DNA of 64,000 nucleotides from Octopus sinensis. Taxonomy: Eukaryota. Positions 1 through 13,839 of this stretch are shown one piece after another. Both the position numbers and the translations under genes were made by a program. Below the pieces are notes generated by a model that saw only the letters and a list, made by a program, of their open reading frames with translations, did not search any database and had not been told where the DNA came from. How positions within the stretch are numbered: position 1 is the first letter of the stretch; the number at the start of each line of letters is the position of its first letter. The DNA lies in NCBI RefSeq assembly GCF_006345805.1, contig NC_043000.1:113088001-113152000 (forward strand), written 5' to 3'.

Positions 1-25
1 GATTTATGCTGTAGCAGCACGAAAA

Positions 26-291
26 AGTGATATTATGTTGTCAACTTAATATGACAATCCCATGAAAGGGAAAAATGCTACTGTTATTTAACCCTAGGAA
101 ACAACGTTTCCTGTTGGACTTGACCCATTTCCTGTGTCATATTTTCAAAGGTGCTTGTCTCCAGTTTGAAAACATAAGGACACGGGAAATGTATCAAGTC
201 CAACAGGAAACGGTGTTTCCTAGGGCTACATAACAGTAGCATTGTACCCTTTCATGGGACTGTCACATTAAGTTGACAAAATACTATCACT
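26..291. mobile_element. Foldback/MITE-like palindrome, ~266 bp
   Basis: The left arm (agtgata..ttgtcaacttaat..cccatgaaaggg..ctaggaaac..gtttcctgttggacttga) is the imperfect reverse complement of the right arm, around a short central loop. Confidence 0.7.
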
Positions 292-697
292 GGTACTTTT
301 CTGTTATGTATGCACTAAAATATGTGCGCATGTAGTATATATGAATGAATATATATGCTCTGCGCTGAATGTGCCTGTTTGTGGAAACCTGATAACATCA
401 GCAAAAACGCAAAAGGCTTTCAGGTATGGCTCAGGATTTATATTTAAATATACTTTCATTTCTTCATTATGATGCTTAATTATGCTAATCATTAAAAGTA
501 TTTGTACATATTTCGATATTTCTGTTGGCGAAAACCGTTAATTTTGCAACTCTCAAACAAATCCTTGCTACTCCTCCATTCATGTAAAGGAAATAGAATC
601 CACACAATGCAAAAATTACCACGTGACTTTTTATTAATGGCATACATGTCAATGTACGTCTACCCGAATATTTAAACACACATACGTCCCGTCCACA

Positions 698-758
<61 letters not shown>

Positions 759-1039
759 ACAAACAAACACACACATGAAGATATGAATATATGTCTGCAT
801 GCTTGCATATATGCGTGTAAATACTCTCTGTCTCTCTCTCTCACACACACACACATTCACATGTTTACACGACCATTTTCCCACTGCTGGAATGTATATG
901 TTCATATTAACATCAATTAAAATCAAAAGCAAGCGAAGACACACAATTATACACAACCATGACACATATGTATTACACACACACACATACACACACATAT
1001 ATATGTATATATATATGTGTGTATATACATATATATATA

Positions 1040-1139
<100 letters not shown>

Positions 1140-2074
1140 CTCGTGCACTTCAACGTGTAATTATGCATATATAAACTCCTACGTGATACAAGTAACATAC
1201 GACATACACAGAAGCTCACAAGCGCAGAAGAGTCAGACACACACATATGTATATATATATATATATATATATGCACGTAGGAGCATAAATTGGAACAAAG
1301 GAAAACAGTTCTTTGCTCCACAAACGGGAGACGTTACGAGATCAAGAGAAACAAAAAGAGAATGGAAACAAGACCAGCAACAGCAAGAACAAGAAGAGAA
1401 ACAACGGCAACAATGATATGTACGGCGACTAGATTTACACCGCCGCCAACATCGACAACGATGATGACAACAACAACAACAACAACAACAGCGATATATA
1501 CAGCAATAGATTAACAACAATAACAATGATATAAAAAGGAACAAATACAACGATAATAAATATAATAATAACTACACAGAAAATAACGAAAAAGCAATAA
1601 TTTTTAATAAAGAACATTTTCAAAATTAAAGGGGGAAAAACAATCCCCTACCAACAAAACTCCCCCCCCCAAATAAATTATCAAAAATAAAAAAGAATAA
1701 TAATAATAATAAGGAAAAACAGTTTGAAATTTGTGTGAATGGCAATATTAATAAATATAAAATCATGATTGGTAAGGTGGTATACAGGTGAGGGTGGCGA
1801 TGGCGCAACTGGGTGATCATGATCGATTATTTCCGAAGCCAGTTTTAATTGCATAAGCAGCGCCTCCTGGCGGATTATATTAATCAACGTGGTTACCCAC
1901 ATCACTCTCATCCCACCCGTCTCTTCCTCCACACCTCTTTCTGCTCCCCCCTCTCTCTCTCTCTGTCTCCTTCTCCACACCTTTTTCGCGTCTTTCTCAG
2001 CCTCCCTCGCTCATAACGCTTCATAATTTGACTAAAACATTTATTAATGAAAAATGATAACGAGAATAATGATA

Positions 2075-2134
<60 letters not shown>

Positions 2135-2460
2135 GTAACTGAAACAACAACGGCATTAATAAAACTATGATAATAATGATAATAATGACAATATTGATAA
2201 TATGAGAAAAACAAAAGGAAGACACAATATACAAACAAACGGAATTAGTTAAATAAGGAAATGAAAATCGACATCAAAAACTTCAAGAAAAATCAAAATG
2301 GCGGAGAAGAAAGTGAAAGTATGAAATAGGTTTAAGAAATGCAATCAACAGAGTAAATAAGTATATAGATAAATAAAGATATAAATACGTAGACAGACAG
2401 ACAGATAGATAGATAGATAGATAGATAGATGGATGGATGGATAGATAGATAGATAGATAT

Positions 2461-2524
<64 letters not shown>

Positions 2525-3018
2525 TTGAAAAGTCTAGCTGACTGGCAGTGTCTGTTGGGGATGGTTTTAATGAGAACGCTTTAAATTCGTGAAGAACCAG
2601 GTTAAAACACGAATTATTAGATTTTATTCTGAATTGACTTCTACAAAATAATAAAATTCTGGAATGTGGTTTCTGCGAGGTTATTTTTGCTGTTGTTTAT
2701 ATTAATAATGTTTCTGCTGTTTAGTTACAGGCCAGATCTGACGGAACAGGACAATGATCAAACGTGCCCTCACGGTGGATATTTTGTATATTTAAATATC
2801 TACTGTTACATTTTCTATAGGAGTTGGATGAAACTTAAGAGAAATTTGGCTCTTGTTTTTGGTATCTCCAACACATTTATATACCATTCCTTGTTGAGTT
2901 CCAGGCGATATTGTTTATCCAAGAACCGAAAATCCTGGTGGGTTAAAATCGAATCAGTATTAAAGTGCAGTAAAAACAAAATCGCCCTATTGTATGGCAA
3001 GGTATTGCTGAGTCTTAC

Positions 3019-3042
3019 ACGGGAAATTGTGTTGGCCTCGGT
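3019..3042 (-). CDS. Candidate 24-nt microexon of an unknown minus-strand gene
   Basis: atttacatag|ACCGAGGCCAACACAATTTCCCGT|gtaaga. The length is a multiple of 3. No homology recognised. Confidence 0.2.
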
Positions 3043-3143
3043 CTATGTAAATATATATCATTGCTATTATGCAAAAGTGTCGTAAGCCCAACTCATTGCT
3101 TTTTCAGAAAACAAAATATTAGTTTCACTATTCCGTAACAAGT

Positions 3144-3377
3144 GGAGGCGCGTTGCTTAGTGTTTAGGGTGTCTGCACCATCATCGTAAGATTGTGGCTT
3201 CGATTCCTGTTGTGTTTTTGAGCAAAACACTTCATTTCACGTTGCTCCAGTCCACTCAGCTGGCAAAAATGAGTAACGCTGCGATGGACTGGCGTCCCGT
3301 CCAGCTGGGGAACACATACGCCACAGACACCGGGAAAGCGGGCCCATGAGCCTGGCTAGGCTTTAAAAGGGTGCATT
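3144..3377 (+). mobile_element. tRNA-derived SINE, family B
   Basis: Head ggaggcgcgttgcttagtgtttaggg with a ttcgattcc B-box-like motif. Body matches the inverted copy at 35686-35936. Confidence 0.85.
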
Positions 3378-3401
3378 TATTTATTTTATTCCATAACAAA
3401 C

Positions 3402-3449
3402 CGTTGTACAAAACTTTGACAATATTTGATATCTTGGCATCTGAAGCAG
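3402..3449 (-). CDS. Candidate 39/48-nt exon of an unknown minus-strand gene
   Basis: Two acceptors (ttcatatctccag| and ctgcttcag|) and a donor aacg|gtttgt. Open in two frames. No homology recognised. Confidence 0.2.
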
Positions 3450-3840
3450 CTGGAGATATGAAAGTTTGACCAAAGATACCGGTTAATGCAAGCAAAAATA
3501 AATATTGAAAAAAAAGACGCATTTGGCTAAATTTGGACATACGGCAGTTTAATATAATAGCAACGATATGTGTGTGTCTCCACTTGTCAGTGTTGGTATT
3601 TGTTTTGTGTATACCAGATTGTATGCATATATATCCGAGTGGCAACGTGCGTCTGGGTCAGAGTGTGCCAGTTTGGAGAAAAATGTATAGCATTAGCAAA
3701 ACAGCCGAAATGGTAGGGTGACCGATTACATTTGGACAGTGAGTTATTTTATTCACTACGATGGTTAACTAGAATTATCATAAAACAATCTTGTATATTT
3801 GTACATAATTCTGTTGTGAAAAGATGTGTGTGTTTGTGTG

Positions 3841-3925
<85 letters not shown>

Positions 3926-4074
3926 ATACATAAAAAGCGGGAATGGTCCCTACTTCAGGAACCCTCATAAAATAATTTTATACGGATTACTTTTGCATAC
4001 AATTCCATCGTTGTTTCCTTATTAAGAAATTATGGGAAGTACACGATCGATTTGCTTTAACCTGGAAAACACTT

Positions 4075-4357
4075 TTTAATTTATCGACCCTGAAAGGATG
4101 AAAGGTAAAATCGACGTCGGCGGAATTTGAACTCAGAACGTAGAGACAGACGAAATAACGCTAAGCATTTCGTATATCTTATCTACTCTAGGCACAAGGC
4201 CCGAAATTTTCGGGGAGGGAGGGGCAGTCGATTAGATCGACTCCAGTACGCAACTGGTACTTAATTTATCGACCTTGAAAGGATCAAAGGCAAATTCGAC
4301 CTCGGCGGAATTTGAACTCAGAACGTAAAGACAAAGGAAATACCGCTAAGCATTTCG
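4075..4357 (-). mobile_element. Two tandem partial SINE family A copies
   Basis: Reverse complement of ttctgagttcaaattccgccgaggtcgactttgcctttcatcctttc..gataaattaagtaccag occurs twice. Confidence 0.85.
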
Positions 4358-4891
4358 TATATCAACGTAAACATATTCATTAACCCTCTATCTCTAAGTG
4401 TTACCCGCCATATAATGGGTAACTTTCTAGTAATACGTTTGCTACATTGGGTAATACCAAAGAATATGGCATACATACAGTATTTCATCATATTTGTTGG
4501 TACCTATATAACATGATGGATACTAATTTTCGAATGAAAAATATTTATCTTAAAATAAAATAAAACATTAGTAATTTCTCATTACTATAAATGCAATGAA
4601 AACGTTATTACTTTTCTGAATTTTATAATTTATTACAGAACCGTAATCAACTCCGACGAAAACCTATCCCTCATAATTTCATTAGAATGTGGAATGTTAT
4701 AAGACATTCTTCTCGTACCTCTTATGTTAACTTTCTCTGTATCACTCTTCTATTCTCTCTCTGCCTTTCTCTCCCTCTCTCTCTCTCCCTCTCCCTCTCT
4801 GTATTTCCAGGCGAACCATCTGACCAAGCAACTAAGAAACCAAATCACGATTCAATCAACTTATATATATATATATGTATATCGACTGGAA

Positions 4892-5880
4892 GGCGGCGAG
4901 CTGGCAGAAGCGTCTGTCTTTATGTTCTGAGTTCAAATCCTGCCGAGGTCGACTTTGCCTTTTATCATTTCGGGGTGGATAAATTAATTACCAGTTGCGT
5001 ACTGGTGTCGATATAATCGAATGGAACCCTCCCCAAAAATTCCGGGCCTTGTGCCTAGAGTAGAAAATATTCTTTGTATTACATTAAGGCGGCGATCTAG
5101 CAGAATTGTTAGCACGCCGGGCGAAATGCGTAGTCGTATTTCGTCTGCTGTTACGTTCTGAGTTCAAATTCCGCCGAGGTCTACTTTGCCTTTCATCCTT
5201 TCGGAGTCGATAAGTTAAGTACCAGTTACGCACTGGGTCCATGTAATCGACTTAATCCCTTTCACTGTCCTTGTTTGTCCTCTCTGTGTTTAGCCCCTTT
5301 AGGTAGTAAAGAAATAGGTATTTCGTCTGCTGCTACGTTCTGAGTTCAAATTCCGCCGAGGTCAACTTTGCCTTTCATCGTTTCGGGGTCGATTAAATAA
5401 GTACCAATTACGCACTGGGGTCGATATAATCGACTTAATCCGTTTGTCTGCCCTTGTTTGTCCTCTCTGTGTTTAGCCCCTTGTGGGTAGTAAAGAAATA
5501 GATATTCCGTCTGTCTTTCTTTACGTTCTCAGTTCAAATTCCGCTTAGGTCGGCTTTGCCTGTCATCCTTCCCTGTTCGGTAAATTAAGTACTAGTTGCG
5601 TACTGGGTCGATCTTATCGACTTGCTCCCCCTCCTCCAAATTTTCGGGCCTTGTGCCTAGAGTAGAAAGTATATTAAGACTAGCAGAATCGTTAGCACGC
5701 CGGACGGAATGCTTAGCGGTATTTCGCCCGTCGGTACGTTCTGAGTTCAAATTCCACAGAGGTTGACCTTGCCTATCATCCTTTCGGGATTGCTAAATTG
5801 AGTACCAGTTGAACACTGCGGTCGATTTGATCGACTATCCCCCTGTTCCACAATTTCGGGCCTTGTACCTAAAGCAGAAA
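4892..5880 (+). mobile_element. Cluster of about five head-to-tail SINE family A copies
   Basis: Recurrent gttctgagttcaaattccgccgaggtc core with two alternative tails. Confidence 0.9.
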
Positions 5881-6317
5881 TGATCATATAGATACGTAAA
5901 GTAGAGGTGTTAGTATACGAATGTCCGAAAATTTGCATTCACTACAGCTGCATTATCCCTTATTCCCAAGATTATATACGTTTTATGATAATGCTTTTGT
6001 CCAATGGACCAACGTTAACTTAAAACCTATTTCGACAAAATACCGTCAGAGATAAGGAGACTTTTCACTCTAAAATTGCAAAACTTAATATTGGTTGGCA
6101 GTAATAACAATCGACTTCTGCCGAGTAAATTAGATCTTACATTGCTCTTTCGGTCTTCTTTGCTTATTTCTTGTCTTTCAATCAATTTATCAATTTACTA
6201 CATTTGCTTTCCCTCAGCTTCACCTATCGATCTGCGAGACCATTCTATACATGGCTCTGTCTTTCTATTCCTATGCCTCACTGTATTACTCTCTCTTTCT
6301 CTCTCATTCTCTCTATT

Positions 6318-6359
<42 letters not shown>

Positions 6360-6633
6360 ATATATATATACATACAGACACATACACACTCACATATATA
6401 TATAATTACATAGAGAGATAAATGACAAACTCGTATGTGTACACCCGGATGCACATATATATAAATATACACATACATACATGCATATATATATATTATA
6501 TATATATATTATATATATATATAGGTATACAAATATATGTAAATATATATATGTATATGTACATATATATAATAAAACATATGTATGCATGCATACAAAC
6601 TTTCATTCTTTAATACAAATACACACCACGCAC

Positions 6634-6704
<71 letters not shown>

Positions 6705-6762
6705 TACATACATATAGACCGCTAATTCAACTACTTCTCCAAATTTACCACTGTTCACTTAC

Positions 6763-6950
6763 CATGTAGCGCCAAAATCGATCAGGCTTGAAGAATTTTT
6801 CTCCTCGAAGCTGAAGTTCCATATTGACTATTCGGTCTTTTGTATATTTGTGGTGCTTAATTTGTGCCTTGCGGTGATGCAACCGATTCCAGACCACCGA
6901 CACGCATATCACCACACCGCGGGACAACGAGCGGGTTGTTAAAAAGCACA
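6763..6950 (-). other. Candidate first exon (5'UTR plus possible start MELQLRGEKFFKPDRFWRYM at 6822-6763)
   Basis: Consensus donor ATG|gtaagt at 6763/6762. Locally CpG-rich upstream sequence with no obvious acceptor. Confidence 0.3.
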
Positions 6951-7298
6951 AGTATCATGATATGATATCCTTCCTACCGTTAATATAAGATTCTTGAAGA
7001 ATTTACGTGCATACACAAGCATACACATACAGAATCATACGCATTCATACACGGGCGTATTACGAAAAGCGCAATTGAAACAGATATATTTCTGGAGTAG
7101 TGAAATGCCTATTATCAAAGTATCTATCAGGGCATCACTTCTATCTCTCTCTCTCTCCTTCTCTCTCTCTCTCTCTCCTTCTCTCTCTCTCTGTATATAA
7201 ATGTGTGCGGGGATATATGTATACACACACACACACACATTTTCCTTATGTGTATATATACATAGAATATGTACATACATAAATATTATATATATATA

Positions 7299-7332
<34 letters not shown>

Positions 7333-7518
7333 CGTGCGTGGATGTGTGGGTGTGTGTGAATCAGTTTTTACGTGTGTGCGTGTGTGTATATATACATATA
7401 TATATGTATGTATATATATATATAGTTAGATAGCTAGGTAGACAGATAGATTTATAGATAGCTAAACTGTTCGATAGATAGATATAGACATGCATGCGTA
7501 CAAGATTATCTACGAAGT

Positions 7519-7606
<88 letters not shown>

Positions 7607-8329
7607 TTGAAACCGAGATCCACGAATTGTCGTGGATATATAGTTTGTTGGGTAGTCTAATTGTATGAGGAGTAGAAGGAGTGAAATATATTTAATCCCA
7701 AGAATGCAAAGTGAAGAACTTAGAAAACGAATACGAGAAAGAAACGGAGAAGAACAGAAGTAGAAAAGGAATGGAGAAAATGCAAGGACGGTAAGAATGG
7801 AGGTTCTTAGAGAGACAATAGCCAATTAGGCTGCCGGCTATAAATATCGATCTATCAAAGCCAGCAGTTCCTGTACTTTAAGATTTCTTCGAAAATCATG
7901 TTCGGAATCTTTAACGGTGTTATAGTTGCTGCTGCTGGGCTTGTATAGTTGGAAGCAGTGATTTGGCAAATCGTGCAGTCAGATGGCGCAAACTATATGT
8001 ATAATGCACATTTACAGCAGCATAGATTAGCAACATTTTACTCACGGCCCATTAAATACTTAGTATGATTTCGGGCTAAAACCAGGCGGTTTCCCCTTCA
8101 TAATACATCATTTAGTTGTTCGTTGATTTGCTGCAAATAATCTGCAGACTGTAAGTGCTGCATGTCCGGGGTGAAAGCGTACTTGCTTTTAAGTCGCCTT
8201 AAGCGCGTACACAGGAAGATTTATCCGTTAGACGCACACATGTATGCGTGCAAATGTAATACACATAGACTTCACTGCATTATATTCACATACATACATA
8301 CATCCACATACACACGTGTGTGTGTATGA

Positions 8330-8370
<41 letters not shown>

Positions 8371-8711
8371 CATATACACATATGCGTATATATATATATA
8401 CATGTTTCTATATACATAAGCGTATATTCACTAATTCATACATATTTATACACATTATAGCTACAAATTCACATACACATGAATAGATGAATACATGCGT
8501 TCTAGTGCACGTAGTACACACTCAGGACATGCATGTATGTATATATGTATGTAGGTGTATACATGCCTATTTGCGTATACATATATTGTACACACCCCAA
8601 AACGAAACTGCTTTATCTTCTGAAGTTTATAGCAATAAATACATGTATGTGTGTATGTATGTATCTCTCTATTTATCTATCTATTTATCTGTTTATCTAT
8701 CTATCTGTTTG

Positions 8712-8791
<80 letters not shown>

Positions 8792-8999
8792 CCTACCAAT
8801 TTATCCGTCTATCACTCTATCTATGCAAAATAAGGTGGGAAAATAGTATTCCAATACCGAGGGTAGAGTAATACGCTATTTATTCAAAGCTTCATACATA
8901 AATATACATAAATACAGAAAAACTGCTACTCATATTGAAAGGTGTAATTGAGGAGCAGATTTTGTGACGTATTTTAATAGAAAAGTACGTATATATAAG

Positions 9000-9030
<31 letters not shown>

Positions 9031-9051
9031 GTATATATATATATATTATAT

Positions 9052-9084
<33 letters not shown>

Positions 9085-9086
9085 TA

Positions 9087-9149
<63 letters not shown>

Positions 9150-9787
9150 GAAACAGTAAGGATTTCTGGTAACTTCACTGAGGAAAGAAGGCCACGAATG
9201 ACCCGTCTTTTTTGGTCTGTCCTTCCAAATGTTGTTTCTCCTGTCCACTTTTGTATCGTCTATCTGTCCGAATGTTTCCATGTCCCAGTAATCAAGATCC
9301 GTGATACCATTTACTTATCTTTTTCACTTATTCATTACATTTATTTTTATTTTGTTTTGCAATTTTACTCTCTCGTGCTTGTGTTCTATTTTACTTGACA
9401 TTTGTTGACCCCACGAACTGATGTATTGAGGATGAGAAGAGTTGGGATACAGAAGTAGAGAAAAGATGTGAAAATTGAATCTGTGTACGAGCAAGCTCTG
9501 AAGCTCGAAGGGTACATCCAGTTGATGTGGAACACCAATTTTTGTTGCTTTCCTGAATTTCTCACAAGTTTCTAATATTTTTTGGCATCATAAAAATATG
9601 GCTGTTTTTTAAACTCATCCATTATTCCAAAGAGAATCTAGTTAAATTCTCTCTCGTTTCGTAGCAAATTTTAGAGCGAGTTTGTGAAGCTGGAATATTT
9701 CTCCTAGAAACCTGGATGATAACATCACGAGGCTTTCTGTGTCACTCAGAAATATATTTAGATTACAGTTTATGTTTTTCTCTCTAG

Positions 9788-10410
9788 TTTCAGCTTAGAG
9801 CTGCGGCCATGCTGATGAACCGCCGTTTTGCTACACTGTTATTACTAAGAGCCTCCTCTAATATATGGCACTTGGTGAAGCATGGAGTTTGATATAGCTA
9901 CCCTCATTTGCACCTCTTGCCGTGAGGTAGGTTCATCTGGGACTCTCGACAGGAAGAGATCCTGCTTTGATTTAAAAACCCCTACATCTACTTTGTGCAA
10001 GTTCCTCGGACACTTTGGGAGAATATGAAAAAGCTGTGGGCCCTTGAAACCCAGGCTGTTGCAGTAACTGGTCCTGGAGCGTGATAGCATTGCTGGGACC
10101 TTTGGCACTATGCAGTGTCGTCCCGTTCTAGCATTGGTGTAACATTCAATGCTAAAATTTGGCGCAATTCCTTCCAGGATCTTCCAGATATATATTACTG
10201 CATACCTCTTCCGTCTTCTCTCCAGGGAGTAGAGTCTTAGCTGTTTTAACCTTTCCCAGTAGCTGAGCTGTTGCAAAGAGACGATCTTCTTTGTGAATCT
10301 TCTCTGGATTGCTTCAAGGTCAGCTGTTAATTTCACACTGGTGGGTGACCATAGCTGTGAGCATTAATCCAGGTGACTGAGGACGAACGTTTGATTATAT
10401 TTATAATACC
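9788..10410 (-). mobile_element. CR1-clade LINE 3' fragment (ORF2 C-terminus plus 3' tail)
   Basis: ORF 9845-10336 (LEAIQRRFTKKI..YWERLKQLRLYSLERRR) is typical of a CR1 ORF2 end. Tail is cagcatggccgcagctctaagctgaaac. Confidence 0.9.
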
Positions 10411-10856
10411 ATCTGCATAAATTATGCGGAGCTTCAGATGGAACTCTTTGAATAACATCACTGTGAACATTTGTCCGTGTTTGAGTAAACTACGTCCGTG
10501 AAAAGTTACTGGGTTCTTTTACTAGCAAACAACGGAATGTAGTACATTTCCACAAACTCCAAGTTGGTTAGTTTTAAGTTTTAAAAGTGAAATGTTTTAT
10601 TGAAGTGAAAATACATGACGTATGTGTTTGGACTTTCACCCATATCATTGAAAATGTCACCAAATTGATAGAGAAATTATTACATAGTCAAACCTATGAT
10701 GGTTGGAATTTTGAATATTGATGTCTCTAAGATGTCAGTTCTTGATTTTATTGGCATCTCAAATACTTCGATGATAAGCGATATTTGGGAGATCAGACGA
10801 CATCTTACTGTACCAACTTAAAAAATTTGGTACAGTTGGTACTACTACTATTTTTG

Positions 10857-10982
10857 TTATAACTGTGAAGAGAGATTGCGTATAAAATATTCGTGCATAC
10901 TCGGTTTTGCGTCAAGCAAGTAGCTAGAAGCGATGTAAGTAGGCGGAGATCCCTTCGGAGCATTTGCAGGAAATTTATGCTG
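10857..10982 (-). CDS. Candidate exon (QHKFPANAPKGSPPTYIASSYLLDAKP...), terminal or spliced at 10901
   Basis: Acceptor tgttttgcag|. Open in phase 0 to TAA at 10857. Internal donor CCGA|gtatgc. Phase-compatible with exon 12308-12491. Confidence 0.35.
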   Translation of the reverse strand, partial: QHKFPANAPKGSPPTYIASSYLLDAKPSMHEYFIRNLSSQL

Positions 10983-11184
10983 CTGCAAAACATTTAATTA
11001 TATTTATTCTTGCGATGGAATCTGGTGTGACAAAATTATACCAAATATAAAAACAGTATTACCCCAAAAGAAGCTGATATTTACGAAGGTTTAATAAAAA
11101 TAACATATTACTCTACCCTCGGTATTCGAGTACTATTTTCCCAACAGCATTATCCAAAAAGAAATTGGTGGAAAAACTACTGAC

Positions 11185-11425
11185 ATATTACCTATTTCTT
11201 TACTACCCACAAGGAGCTAAACACAGAAGGGACAAACAAGGACAGACAAACGGATTAAGTCGATTATATCGACCTCAGTGGGTAACTGGTACTTTATTTA
11301 TCGACCCCAAAAGGATGAAAGGTAAAGTTGACCTCGGCGGAATTTGAACTCAGAACGTAGCGGCAAACGAAATACGGCTACGCATTTCGCCCGGCGTGCT
11401 AACGTTTCTGCCAGCTCGCCGCAGT
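11185..11425 (-). mobile_element. SINE family A copy
   Basis: Reverse complement of ggcggcgagctggcagaaacgttagcacgccgggcgaaatgcg..gagttcaaattccgccgagg. Confidence 0.9.
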
Positions 11426-11789
11426 AATACTGACATATTACCGCTCTGTCTTCAGTAATTCCACGTAAAATATCTTATGGAATTCAATGCAACGCCCTTT
11501 GGAAACTCCAGTAGAATTCGTGATAGCAGAATTATTGTTTCTGGTATTCTTACTACAGCATCACAGCAGGAGACAAATAATTTCATCAGACATTGTATTC
11601 CTCTGTGAAAGAGGACCACTTCTGGGTTGTTAAATTTTCTCGATGGCCATGTCGTACTCTGTATCATTTTCATCGCTGATGTTACTTCTCATTCGCTTCA
11701 GAAAACGAAATTTTTATGCAATCGAGAATTGTAATTCCTATCAATTGTGGCAGTCGGTGCCAGCAAGTAGTTGAATTGGTTCACATTTA

Positions 11790-12062
11790 TATATAAGTAG
11801 TAGTGGTGGTGGTGGTGGCAGTACTAGTAGTAGTAGTATTGTAGTGGTGGTAGTAATAGTAGTGGCTGTGGGGTGGTAGAGTAGTAGTAGTGGTAATAGT
11901 AATAATAGTAGTGGTGGTGGTGGTGGTGTTGCTGGTGGTGGTAGAAGTAGTAGTTGTGGTAATAGTAGTTGTAGTAATAGTGTGGTGGTGGTGGTGGTGG
12001 AAGTAGTAGTAGTGGTAATAGTAGTAGTAGTAGCAGTGGTGGCAGTACAAGTAGTAGTAATA

Positions 12063-12093
<31 letters not shown>

Positions 12094-12158
12094 GAGAAGG
12101 CGCGTGGCTTAGTGATTATGGGTATTTGGCCCACGATCGCAATATCATGAGTTCGATT
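11790..12158. repeat. Left arm of a local inverted duplication (GTA/GGT mosaic plus SINE head)
   Basis: Reverse complement of about 12935-13490, including the SINE head segment. Confidence 0.85.
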
Positions 12159-12307
12159 TTCTAGAAAATTCCTTTCGCTCTGGGAGGCCTATTTCAGTTT
12201 TTATTTACAAGGTTTGTTGTGGTGTGAAACGAGCCTGTTATGGAAGCTGCATGTTTTTTTTTGTTTTTCTAGCAATATCACCTTCCTAGTTATAGAATCA
12301 TTCGTAC

Positions 12308-12491
12308 AGGTGCATCTTTGACGAACAGGTGAGTTAGGACGAGAGGTGTAGGCTTATTTGGCAGAAAGCCGGAAACTAACATCGCATCGTTGTATGTTGT
12401 GTCCGAGAGAAGAGTTTTCTCAACTGAGAGGTCACGGGTGGTGTTAGAGTATTTGTCCAAAAATACATTATATTCCACATCATATTCCACA
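12308..12491 (-). CDS. Candidate internal exon resembling the C-terminal half of a SEA-like domain
   Basis: gttgtttgtag| acceptor. Only phase 2 is open across 184 nt (S|VEYDVEYNVFLDKYSNTTRDLSVEKTLLSD..LFVKDAP). Donor CCT|gtacga. The SEA assignment rests on resemblance to the GSV-strand motif only. Confidence 0.45.
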
Positions 12492-12529
12492 CTACAAACA
12501 ACAACACTCCAACTGCTGCTGCTGCTACA

Positions 12530-12664
<135 letters not shown>

Positions 12665-12702
12665 ACTGCCGCTGCCGCTGCTGCTGTTTCTTCTTCTTTC
12701 AG

Positions 12703-12998
12703 TTGATCCGATCAACTGAACAGCCTGCTCGTGAAATTAACGTGCAAGTGGCTGAGTATTCCACAGACACGTTGTAACCTTAACGCAGTTCTCAGGGAGA
12801 TTCAGCGGGACACAGAACGTGATGAAGCTGGCCCCTCCTTTAAATTACAGGTACCACTCTCATTTGTGCCACCTGAGTGGACTGAAGCAATGTGAAATAA
12901 AGTGTTTTGCTCAAGGACACAACGCGACGCTGGGAATCGAACTCATGACATTGCGATCGTGGGCCAAATAGCCATAATCACTAAGCCACGCGCCTTCT
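12703..12998 (-). mobile_element. tRNA-derived SINE (B-type head, C-type tail)
   Basis: Head gaaggcgcgtggcttagtg. Tail cacgttaatttcacgagcaggctgttcagttgatcggatcaac is shared with family C. Confidence 0.85.
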
Positions 12999-13490
12999 CA
13001 CTACTACTACTACTACTACCACCACCACCACCATATTACTATTACTTGTACTGCCACCACTGCCACCACCACCACCACCACCACCACCACTACTACTACC
13101 ATCACTACTACTACTACTACTACTTCTACTACTACTACTACTACTACTACTTCCACCACCAACTGTACCAGCACCAGCACCACACTACTACTACAACTAC
13201 TATTACCACTACTACTACTTCTACCTCCACCAGCAACAACATCACCACTACCACCACTACTACTACTTCCACCACCACCTGTACCAGCACCAGCACCACA
13301 CAACTACTACAAATACTATTACCACTACTATTACTTCTACCTCTACCAACAACAACACCACCACCACTACTACTTCTACCACCCACTCCCAGTACTACTA
13401 CTACAACCACCACCATACAATTACTACTACCACTACCACCATACTACTACTACTTGTACTGCCACCACCACCTCCACTACTACTACTACT
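12935..13490. repeat. Right arm of the local inverted duplication
   Basis: See 11790-12158. Confidence 0.85.
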
Positions 13491-13839
13491 AACACCACCA
13501 CTACCACAAACTCTATACTATTATTACCACAACTACTACTGCTACCACCACCACCACCACCACTACTACTACTATTAAATTTTATTGCCATGAAATGAGA
13601 ATTTAAATGAAGGTTTGTTTCTGCTGTGACCCCCTACACCGCTCCCTCACCAACCGCCCCCAACCTTTTCCACCCCCGTCCAATCCGTCCCTCCTCCCTC
13701 ATATATTTAGCAGCCGGGAATATATTTCATATGTGTGTGTTTTATTGATTTCAGTTCAATTTATTTATTTAGGGGACAGCGTCCATGTTTTAATCAGAAT
13801 GGAAAACATGCGCCGAAAGATGAGTGAAGTCAGCAGTGT

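Noticed and set aside
2821-3001. Plus-strand exon with good splice sites, or a selenoprotein-like frame with TGA codons
   Set aside because: The TGA frame also contains TAA. The one open frame has no recognisable homology and conflicts with the minus-strand candidates.
3256-3645. 129-aa ORF with an apparent signal peptide (MRLFFQYLFLLALTGIFG)
   Set aside because: The hydrophobic stretch coincides with a pyrimidine-rich acceptor-like tract, and the ORF runs into a SINE.
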